Assembly (NCBI GenBank): GCA_963785725.1
Contig: CAWAWS010000014.1
Span: 379,511 to 443,510, forward strand
DNA from: an uncultured delta proteobacterium
Lineage (GTDB): Bacteria; Myxococcota_A; Polyangia; Palsa-1104
Direction: 5' to 3'
DNA length: 64,000 nucleotides
Positions 29,540 through 37,392 of this stretch are shown in pieces (within the stretch, counting starts at the first letter, position 1; the number at the start of each line of letters is the position of its first letter). The position numbers and the translations under genes are program-made. The notes below the pieces were generated by a model. The model was given only the letters and a program-made list of their open reading frames with translations. It ran no database searches and had not been told where the DNA came from.

Positions 29540-31141
29540 ATGCCACGCAAATCGCCGCCGCAACCACTGACAAGGCAGCCGCGCCTAACCAAGACGATCG
29601 TCATCGCCATGGTGTTCGCGGCCGCTTGGGTGCTTTTTGCAACATCTCACTTTGGCGTCGGGCTAACGCCGGATTCTCTAGACTACATCGCCGCCGCCAA
29701 GTCACTAGCCGCCGGCCGGGGCTATCTCAACTCGGATCAGACGTTTTTTTCAGCTTGGCCTCCGCTGCTACCAACTGCATTGGGCGCGCTCAAGATTGCT
29801 GGAGTCGATCCAACCCATGGTGCGCGATATCTAAACGCCCTCTGCCTGGCGTTGATTGTCTGGCAAAGCGCATGTTGGTTTCGCTCTTTCTCACAATCCA
29901 ACGTCGCGCTTCTATTTGGGCTGGGCGCCGTTCTCGTTTCCCGGCCGTTGTTGCGGATATCGCTGCTTGCGTGGACCGAGCCAATGTTCTGTTTGTTTGT
30001 CTTGGTCTTCATCAATCAGATATCGGGATTTCTGAGGACCCGCGCAAACACCAAGCTACTGCTTGCGGGTCTGGCGGCAGGCGCAGCCATGCTGACACGG
30101 TATATCGGCTTCACCTTGATTATTAGCGGCGGAATCTTGCTGCTTCTTGATCGCCGCCGCTCCATACGCGAAAGAATCTTCGCCGCCGCTGCCTTCGGTA
30201 GTCTCTCAGTCCTGACTTACGCGCCCTGGGCGATTCGAAATCTGTCTCGCTCTTTGAGTCCGACGGGTGCCAAACGCGTCTTCGGCTATGACGTGCCAAG
30301 CCTGGCGCAGAATCTCTCGACCACGGGTGACTTCATGACCCGCTGGTTCTTGCCTCCCAACATTCCTCTCGCGTTCCGACTGCCCTTGGGAATTGTGGTC
30401 CTCGCCCTGGTGGTCGCTGTCACTCTGCGTTCTCGCGGCGAGAGCGATAAAACCCGGGACGACGAGCCACTCGCAATCTCCCCGTTCCTTTCCGGGATCA
30501 CGTTTCTGGTCATCTACTTCACAACTCTCATAGCCCTCGCGTGCAGCATTCACTTCGATCCAATACAAGACCGTCTTCTGTCGCCCATTTATGTGCCACT
30601 GATTGGTGTTTTTGTGTTCGCGATCAATCAGGTCGATGCTGCATTGGCTTCGCAGTCGTCCGCTGGGAAGAGCACAGCCCGACTGTTGGCCTCGTCCGTT
30701 GTCGGGCTTTCACTGCTCTATCCGCTCGCGTTCGTTGGGGTCATGACGAGGGAGGCTCTTACCGTGGGCACAGGCGGATACTCGAGCGCCGCTTGGCTGA
30801 GCTCCGACCTGATCGCCTACCTTCGCGCCCACCCCGTTAGCGGGAGCCTTGCGAGTAACTCAGACAATGCCGTGCTTTATTTCACGGACCTTCCTGCATT
30901 TCCGAGCGCAAGTCGCGTGAAGTCCGAGAGCGATCGCGAAGCAATGGGCGCGTGGATCAAGGCTCATCTGCTCGGTACGCAGACTTATCTCGCATGGTTC
31001 AAGCCGCCACTGACGGCAGTCGAATCGGATTACTACCAGCCCGAAGAGTACTCGAAAGTGTTCGACGTCTCCGTGGTTCACACCAGCTCTGACGGAACCC
31101 TCTTCCTTCTGACCACTCGCACCGATCGCATACACGACTAA
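29540..31141 (+). CDS. GT-C fold (ArnT/PMT-like) membrane glycosyltransferase
   Basis: TPDSLDY, WPPLLP, WTEPMF, LTRYIG motifs; many TM helices; lower GC. Confidence 0.75.
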   Translation: MPRKSPPQPLTRQPRLTKTIVIAMVFAAAWVLFATSHFGVGLTPDSLDYIAAAKSLAAGRGYLNSDQTFFSAWPPLLPTALGALKIAGVDPTHGARYLNALCLALIVWQSACWFRSFSQSNVALLFGLGAVLVSRPLLRISLLAWTEPMFCLFVLVFINQISGFLRTRANTKLLLAGLAAGAAMLTRYIGFTLIISGGILLLLDRRRSIRERIFAAAAFGSLSVLTYAPWAIRNLSRSLSPTGAKRVFGYDVPSLAQNLSTTGDFMTRWFLPPNIPLAFRLPLGIVVLALVVAVTLRSRGESDKTRDDEPLAISPFLSGITFLVIYFTTLIALACSIHFDPIQDRLLSPIYVPLIGVFVFAINQVDAALASQSSAGKSTARLLASSVVGLSLLYPLAFVGVMTREALTVGTGGYSSAAWLSSDLIAYLRAHPVSGSLASNSDNAVLYFTDLPAFPSASRVKSESDREAMGAWIKAHLLGTQTYLAWFKPPLTAVESDYYQPEEYSKVFDVSVVHTSSDGTLFLLTTRTDRIHD

Positions 31142-31232
31142 CCAGTCAGCAGATCGGCGACATGCGGGCGCTCATCGGAGCTATCCAAGGGGCGCTTTGA
31201 CGACGTCGCCCACGCATGGTCCCATCCGCGCC

Positions 31233-31540
31233 ATGGGCTCAGCCGCTGCCGATTCCAAGACTTCCAACATCATGAGCCGCGCCGAGATGTCGCGGCTGAT
31301 CGCCAAACGGCTGCAGCGCGACGCCGCGTTGTTGCGTCAGTCGTGGTCGTCGGCGCGCCCGTTCCGCCACTTCGTCGTCGACGATCTGCTGCCGCTCGAG
31401 GTCGGCCGGAAGAGCCGCTCAAGCGACTGGTGCTCAAGGTGAGCGACGGGCTGCTCTTGAACTTCGTGGGCCGCCACTTCCCGTGGTTGACGCAGCTGAC
31501 GAAACACCGCATCAAGACGCCGCCGGCGAAGCAGCCGTAA
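31233..31540 (+). pseudogene. 2OG-Fe(II) oxygenase-like gene with central deletion
   Basis: N-terminal WSSARPFRHFVVDDLLP joined out of frame to a C-terminal RPEEPLKRLVL...; catalytic core absent. Confidence 0.55.
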
Positions 31541-31779
31541 TTGGCGATAAGTTTACGGCGCCGAAACGGGCAGGAACGCCCGTCCGTCCCTAAACACGGT
31601 GGCGTCGCAGTCGCAGCCGCCAACTGGTCGCAGTCAAAGCCTTCCGAGTGGTCATGGCCGCAGCCCCTCGAGTCGTCGCATTCGCAGCCCGCCAAGTCGG
31701 TTCGAGGCAACGCCGGACCGCTCAGCGAATTCCTTCCTTCGCGCCCAGGCCGCTGTCATGCCAGCGCTCGACCCGCTTG

Positions 31780-32030
31780 ATCAAGACTTCTCGCGGTGCT
31801 CGCGCCATCCAGCGATTGGAGATCCGCTCGCTCCACCGCCGTCACGACGCTGTTCGCCGAACGGATACGTCAGTACCCAGGCGACTCCCCACCGGAGGAA
31901 CTGCCGCTCGATCGGATGAAGACGCAGGCGTTGCCGCCCGGCGCTCGTGCTGCTCTGCAGCGTGGTCGCCAGCGCCCAGGTCAAGCTGCGCCGCATCGAA
32001 GGCTGGCCGGACATCGTGCACATGCTTAGC
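31780..32030 (+). mobile_element. IS256-family transposase C-terminal relic
   Basis: RMKTQALP...LVLLCSVVASAQVKLRRIEGWPDI resembles the IS256 C-terminal motif KTQxxLP...ASGQIKLRRIDGW (recalled, not searched). Confidence 0.55.
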
Positions 32031-32104
32031 TGGCACGCATGTCCAATAAGAGGTAGCGTGAGCCCTGGTGCTACATACATGAACCGCTGGTTGCGGAGAT
32101 CCCC

Positions 32105-32473
32105 ATGGTCCAGTCGTCGTTGTCACTCCTGGTCCTCCGGGCGGAGGATCTCGATCGTTCGCTTCGCTTCTATCAAGCGTTGGGGCTGAAGTTTACCGAA
32201 GAGCAGCACGGCAATGGGCCCCTGCACCATGCGTGTCAGCTTGGCGAGGCGGTACTTGAGCTATACCCAGGCAAGCCCGGGAGCGCCCCGGACCGACGGA
32301 GCGGAGGCGCAACTATGATTGGATTCCGCGTGGATTCGCTGTCGCAAACGCTGCTGACGCTGGCCGAGCTGGGAGTCACAGTTCTGACAGCGCCAAGCCC
32401 GTCCTCGACGCCCTCGCGAGCGGTAGTAGAGGATCCTGATGGACGTGCCATCGAGATTCGGGGGAAGGAGTGA
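32105..32473 (+). CDS. VOC/glyoxalase family protein
   Basis: LLVLRAEDLDRSLRFYQALG, EQHGNGPLHH, LELYP, GFRVDS, DPDGRAIE. Confidence 0.85.
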   Translation: MVQSSLSLLVLRAEDLDRSLRFYQALGLKFTEEQHGNGPLHHACQLGEAVLELYPGKPGSAPDRRSGGATMIGFRVDSLSQTLLTLAELGVTVLTAPSPSSTPSRAVVEDPDGRAIEIRGKE

Positions 32474-32825
32474 GGGCAACCGAACCGTGCGATCAATATC
32501 CGAATAGAACGGGCGGATCAGGACGCAGTCAAGCGGACCTTCGGAGCGATAGCCATCCTCCGTGGCATCCAGGCACCGACGGAAAGCTCAATCGGCGTGG
32601 CATCCAAAGGCAACCCAATGTCATCGATCAAAGGTGTTCCGAAAAGGGTTGGGCGTGGCCAAAATCCGGTGCCACGTGGGTGCCACGGCGAGAGCATTTT
32701 GACGAGGTCAGACGGGAAAGACGGAACAAGCGGGGCCGAACACTCGAGCTCTAATACAGCGCCAATGTTAAGGAAACGTCGCAAGCCAGCGTCGCTCCTT
32801 ATCATTTCTAATATCGGGACAACCG

Positions 32826-32855
32826 GGTTCAAATCCTGTCGCCCCGACCAATTAA
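32826..32855 (+). repeat. att site: duplicated 3' end of tRNA-Pro
   Basis: 30/30 identity to 25616-25645. Confidence 0.95.
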
Positions 32856-32866
32856 CTACAGATTGT

Positions 32867-33050
32867 CTAAGTAGCTTTCTCCTTTCGGTCAGGCATCACT
32901 GCAACGGCGCCGAGCATCGCGAAGGTACGGCGGTCGGTGTCGCTCTCTTTCTCGCGGATATTGAGGATCTCGTCCGGGATCTGGCGCGCCTTGGTCGCTG
33001 GCGGACTCGACGTACAGCATCGTTTCGTCGATCCGCTTGTGGGGATCGAC
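32867..33050 (-). pseudogene. Tyrosine-integrase C-terminal remnant (start of island 2)
   Basis: HKRIDETMLYV (H...T..Y catalytic segment), then after a frameshift RQIPDEIL...DTDRRTFAMLG; abuts the att copy. Confidence 0.65.
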
Positions 33051-33255
33051 GGCCCAAACGACCCGATCAACCGCGAGGTTGAGCACTTGTGCCGGGGAAC
33101 CCCGATTTGCCTCCCTCGGGATCGTCAGCCCGAACGGCACGACAACTGCGAGGTCTCGTAGGCGAAGTGCAAGCCGCCGTCATGAATGGCACGACCAACC
33201 TGCGAAGTCGCTGCGTGCGCCCAAATGGCGGGCCAATCGTCGACGCAGTTTGCGA

Positions 33256-33939
33256 TCAACGCGCCAGCGGGAGCGCGCCTTTGCCCAACGTCACCACCGG
33301 CCCCATCGCCGACGGAGTGCTCACCCGAAAGCTCGCCAGGAAATGGTCGAGCTCAGCGAGCGGAGCGCTCGTCTTCTCGGGACAGCTCAGGACGACGACG
33401 ACCGAGACACCGGACGTCCCCGCCCCCTTCGCGCCACCGCGTGTGGCGCGCCGCGTGGTGGCGTGGATTACGGTCACGTCGATCAGTCGATGTGTGCTCG
33501 TGTCTCGTTCGCGCACGACCTCGCGGAGCAGCTCGCGGTTCCACTCCTCGCCGTGGACATCGAGACTGCCGACGAGGTACTGCCGCTCGCCCGCGCTCTG
33601 CTCGTCCTTGCTCCACGGGGTGAGTCCGCAGCCCTTCTCCTCGCAGAACGTCGCCCAGTCCCCCTGCTCGACGAGCGAGACCGGCATGTTCGGGGCTTCG
33701 AGCCGTGTCCGGCTGACCGTGACGAAGCAGCCCGCTTGCGCTTGCTGCTCCGCGATGACCTCGACCGTCCAGTCGTGGTCGGGGTCACCGTACAGCTTGA
33801 GCTTGCGCGGCCGTGTTCCCGAGGCAGCCTGCCACGACGGAGGGACCGCGGCCTCCACACCCTCCGCGAGGCGTTCCGCGCTCGCCGCGAAGGGGCAGCA
33901 GAGCAAGAGTCCGGTAAGCACGACAAATCGCGCGATCAT
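33256..33939 (-). CDS. Hypothetical exported protein
   Basis: Signal peptide MIARFVVLTGLLLCCPFAASA; protein-like composition. Confidence 0.6.
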   Translation of the reverse strand: MIARFVVLTGLLLCCPFAASAERLAEGVEAAVPPSWQAASGTRPRKLKLYGDPDHDWTVEVIAEQQAQAGCFVTVSRTRLEAPNMPVSLVEQGDWATFCEEKGCGLTPWSKDEQSAGERQYLVGSLDVHGEEWNRELLREVVRERDTSTHRLIDVTVIHATTRRATRGGAKGAGTSGVSVVVVLSCPEKTSAPLAELDHFLASFRVSTPSAMGPVVTLGKGALPLAR

Positions 33940-34049
33940 GGACGGTCTCCAGTGAAAGAATGCAGGCATTCACGCGACGTGGGCAAGGGCTCCTTTGGAG
34001 ACGACGAAACATCGTTGTTCTCCCAGCCACCGTTGTCGCGACACACCGG

Positions 34050-34195
34050 AGCAGTACGACTGGCGCCGGCCCCAGCGCGACAGAGCCATGTGGTCGACTC
34101 CCAGCTCGCTGGCGAATTCGCGCGCCGTCAGCCCATTCTCCCGCCATCGCTCGACGTGCTTGGCCCGTAATTTCTCTGCTCGCGCGTGGGCACGC
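34050..34195 (-). mobile_element. IS66 TnpA-like relic
   Basis: ASREI/AKHVERWRENGLTAREFASELGVDHMALSRW, an HTH resembling IS66 accessory TnpA; frameshifted. Confidence 0.55.
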
Positions 34196-34224
34196 AGCGC
34201 CGATGATCCGGCGCGACGAACAGC

Positions 34225-34500
34225 TCACTCGCGTCGTCGTGAAATCAACCCGACGACGGCAACGAAGAGGGTCGCGCCGATGATCGACCATACAATCGGA
34301 AAGCGAGTGTGGCGTAGCTGAAAGACGAACAGCTCGGGTAGTCGCAGCTTGCGCGCGAGCCACACGCCGATGAGGGCGCCGATGAAGCCGAGCGCGATCG
34401 AAGCGAGACAGCCACCGCGCGAGTAGCCGGCGATCGTCTGGCCAATGGCGCCGCAGATCCCGGCGACGAAGAGGAGGATGACGAGATCGAGGACGGACAT
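34225..34500 (-). CDS. GlsB/YeaQ/YmgE family small membrane protein
   Basis: AGICGAIGQ, SIALGFIGALIG, PIVWSIIGA; RBS GAGGTG. Confidence 0.85.
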   Translation of the reverse strand: MSVLDLVILLFVAGICGAIGQTIAGYSRGGCLASIALGFIGALIGVWLARKLRLPELFVFQLRHTRFPIVWSIIGATLFVAVVGLISRRRE

Positions 34501-34897
34501 CGTTCACCTCGTGTAGCCATCGACTCTACCGCAGATTCGCGTTCTTGCCTGTGCGAGGACTCATCCGCTTGACCAGTGGGGACAACCAAGAGAAGTCGTT
34601 CACTGACTGGTTCCAGCGTACCGCGGGCAGGCTCTTAGACACGGAGGTAGCACAGCGCGTATTTGAGATAGGGACGGATTGGGGTTCTACGGACCCCACA
34701 AGCGAGCCGCCGTCTGACGTACGCGAAGACTACGCGTCTGTGTTGAGCTCTCGGTTTCTCCGCAAGACTGAGCGCCCGTCACCCGCGAACGCGCGATTCG
34801 CACCGCGAGATCATGCTCGTGTACGATCTGCGGAATGAGCGCTGAGCTCCGTGCCGCGTGCGGGCCGACACACTGGTGAGCGAGAGGAGCCGACCGG

Positions 34898-35278
34898 ATG
34901 CCCGAAGACAAGGTGTTCACTCCCGGAGCCAACAGGATCTTCGTGTTCGGCTCGAACGCAGCCGGCATTCACGGTGCCGGCGCGGCATTGACGGCCAAGA
35001 AGAAATACGGTGCGCGGCAGCGGGTCGGCGAAGGATTGCAAGGCGCCAGCTACGCCATCCCGACAAAGGATGAGCGAATCAGGACGCTCCCTCTCGACGC
35101 CGTAAGAAATGGGGTCGAGCGCTTCCTGACCTTCGCTCGTAGTCGACCCGATCTAACGTTCTTCGTCACGCGCATTGGCTGCGGATTGGCCGGATACACC
35201 GACGTGGAGATTGGACCGATGTTCATTGGCGCGCCGGATAACTGCGAGCTGCCCGAAGGCTGGGGCTGCCCGCTGTAA
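34898..35278 (+). CDS. A1S_2505-like phage-associated protein
   Basis: IFVFGSNAAGIHGAGAA, GEGLQGASYAIPTK, FFVTRIGCGLAGY, LPEGW. Confidence 0.75.
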   Translation: MPEDKVFTPGANRIFVFGSNAAGIHGAGAALTAKKKYGARQRVGEGLQGASYAIPTKDERIRTLPLDAVRNGVERFLTFARSRPDLTFFVTRIGCGLAGYTDVEIGPMFIGAPDNCELPEGWGCPL

Positions 35279-35430
35279 CGTCAGCCCAGTCAGCGATTTC
35301 TCGTCCTGTGAACGCGCGAATCACGGCGTGACTGGCAATAACATGTCAGAGCGAGTCGCCGACCCAAGCGAAGGCCGTCGATGACGGTCGCAATGGATCC
35401 ACCGACGTGTGCGCGGTTTACACTGCTGCC

Positions 35431-35961
35431 ATGAAATGCTCCGTCTTCATCGCCGCCAGCCTCGACGGCTTCATCGCGCGCACGGACGGCTCCTTCGACT
35501 GGCTCGAGCAGATCGCCCGGCTCGACAAGTATGACAACGGCTACGCGCAGTTCATGGCCACCGTCGACACGCTCGTCCTCGGACGCAACACCTACGACGT
35601 CGTGCGCCGATTCCCGGCGTGGCCCTTCGACGGCAAGCGCTGCCTGGTCCTCACCCATCGCGCCGGCACGAGCGCGCACGGCGAAGAGTTCGTCGCCGGC
35701 TCCGCGCGCGACCTCCTCGAGCGGCTGACGCGCGAGGGCGCCCGTCGCGCCTACATCGACGGCGGCATCGTCGTCCGCCAATTCCTCGACGCCGGCTTGA
35801 TCGACGATCTGACCCTCTCGATCATGCCCATCCTGCTCGGCTCCGGCATTCCGCTGTTCGCGCCCGGCGGCGTCGAGCAGCGACTGACGCTCGACGAGCA
35901 GCGCGCGTGGCCGACCGGCGTCGTGCAGCTGCGCTATTCGCGCGCCGCCAATAACGCTTAG
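35431..35961 (+). CDS. Dihydrofolate reductase-like (RibD_C) protein
   Basis: FIAASLDGFIA, LGRNTY, YIDGG, LIDDL, PILLGSGIPLF. Confidence 0.9.
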   Translation: MKCSVFIAASLDGFIARTDGSFDWLEQIARLDKYDNGYAQFMATVDTLVLGRNTYDVVRRFPAWPFDGKRCLVLTHRAGTSAHGEEFVAGSARDLLERLTREGARRAYIDGGIVVRQFLDAGLIDDLTLSIMPILLGSGIPLFAPGGVEQRLTLDEQRAWPTGVVQLRYSRAANNA

Positions 35962-35974
35962 CGCGACCGAGGAT

Positions 35975-36610
35975 TCAGAAGAACGACTTGGGCGGCCGCG
36001 GCGCCACCGGCGCCTTCAGCGGCGCCGGCGCCGGCGCGGTCGTGACCGGCGGCTGCTCCTTGCCGACGTACAGAATCTTCTGCAGCGCATGATGCCCGGT
36101 CGCGCCCGGCCGCGGTCCCACGCCGCACACCGTCTCGGCCGCGCAGCCGTCATGCTCGAGGTAGTGCACGACGACCCGCGTGAACCCCGCCGACGCCAAC
36201 GTCTGGCGCGCCACCTCGACCCGCTGTCCGACGACGTCCGGCATCGGCGCGCGCGTCGGCGCCGGCGCGCCCGGCGCGGGCCGCGGCGGCTGCACGTAGA
36301 GCGCGATCGGCTCCTGCTTCATCACGTCGGCGCCCGGCCACGGATAGCTGTAGCAAACGACGCCCGCCGCCGCCTGCCGGCCACAATCCTCCTCCCGCCA
36401 GTCGACGAGCCCGAGCTTACCGGCACGTCGCAGCTGCTGCTCGGCCGCCGCCGCGCTGACCCCGCGCAGGTCGGGCATCTTGAAGTGCTGCGGCCCTTCG
36501 AAGCGGCTGTGGCGATAGCCCGGATGCGCACATCCGATCGCGCTCAACGTCAGCACGAGGACGAGACTGCGCGGCAGCGTTCGCGACGATTCTCGCGTCT
36601 GGCGGCTCAT
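35975..36610 (-). CDS. Lipoprotein with two PASTA-like domains
   Basis: Lipobox SAIG-C; MPDLRGVSAAAAEQQLRRAG and MPDVVGQRVEVARQTLASAGF; ATGA overlap with the upstream gene. Confidence 0.75.
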   Translation of the reverse strand: MSRQTRESSRTLPRSLVLVLTLSAIGCAHPGYRHSRFEGPQHFKMPDLRGVSAAAAEQQLRRAGKLGLVDWREEDCGRQAAAGVVCYSYPWPGADVMKQEPIALYVQPPRPAPGAPAPTRAPMPDVVGQRVEVARQTLASAGFTRVVVHYLEHDGCAAETVCGVGPRPGATGHHALQKILYVGKEQPPVTTAPAPAPLKAPVAPRPPKSFF

Positions 36611-37392
36611 TCGACGGCGTCCACCGGGTTCCGGCTCGAGTGCGTCCACATCCACTGGCGCAGGCCGCGCCACTGCGTCTTCCACTCCGGCGCCAGCGCC
36701 GCCGACGGCCGCTCGCCCGCGTGCACGAGCAGGCTGCCGGCCAGCTCCTCGGCGTCGGCGTCGCCGGCCGCGCGCGCCGCGGCGACGCCGCCCATCATCG
36801 CCGCCATGCGCGGCCCGAGCAGCGTGCGCCAATAGAGCCGCCGCGGCTGATGCCGCACGTGACGCTCGCGCTTCCAATCGCCTTCACGCTTGGCCTCCTG
36901 CTCCGGCGACTGCGGCACGCGCGACTGGACGAGGCTCGGCTGCAGCTCGGCCCGCGCCTCCACGTCGGTCGGAAACGGCTGCGCACCGCCGATGAAGAGC
37001 GGCAAACACTCGGCGGCGCGGCGCAACAGCGTCTCCGCCGCCGCCACGAGCGCGTCCTCGCTCGCGCCACCGTCACCGACGCGCGCGATGAACGAAATCT
37101 CCTGCGGCATCAGCCCGGGTGCGCGGCGCCACAGCTGACCGTGCAGATTGAACGTGGCCTCGCTCCACAGCGTCACTTGCGAGCGCTCTTCGTCCGCGAT
37201 GAATTCGTCGAGCTTCGCCGCCGAGAACGGCCGATCGGCGATGCCGGAGTCGCGCTTGCGCATGCCCCACACGCGAGCGGGCGTCACGCCGCTGGCCGCC
37301 AACACGTCGCGCACGATCTGCCCGACGACGCCGCGATGCGCGCTCTCGTGCTCCTCGAACAACACATAGGCGAGCAGCGAATAATGGCTCAT
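36607..37392 (-). CDS. Putative toxin immunity protein
   Basis: No signal peptide; ATGA-coupled to the nuclease toxin gene; RRLYWRTLLGPRMAAMMGG resembles the W-x-T-x-LG...GG motif of DUF3396/TsiV-like immunity proteins. Confidence 0.65.
   Translation of the reverse strand: MSHYSLLAYVLFEEHESAHRGVVGQIVRDVLAASGVTPARVWGMRKRDSGIADRPFSAAKLDEFIADEERSQVTLWSEATFNLHGQLWRRAPGLMPQEISFIARVGDGGASEDALVAAAETLLRRAAECLPLFIGGAQPFPTDVEARAELQPSLVQSRVPQSPEQEAKREGDWKRERHVRHQPRRLYWRTLLGPRMAAMMGGVAAARAAGDADAEELAGSLLVHAGERPSAALAPEWKTQWRGLRQWMWTHSSRNPVDAVE

Larger units (their letters stand above)
25616..32855. mobile_element. Decayed genomic island integrated at tRNA-Pro (island 1)
   Basis: Exact 30-bp direct repeat GGTTCAAATCCTGTCGCCCCGACCAATTAA at 25616-25645 and 32826-32855; visibly lower GC inside; no intact integrase. 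Confidence 0.85.

Noticed and set aside
32826..32850. Second tRNA gene
   Set aside because: Only the T-arm and acceptor 3' strand are present; upstream sequence cannot form D or anticodon arms
25641..35400. Intact prophage
   Set aside because: No terminase, capsid, portal, tail tube or intact integrase; only a solo collar domain and relics
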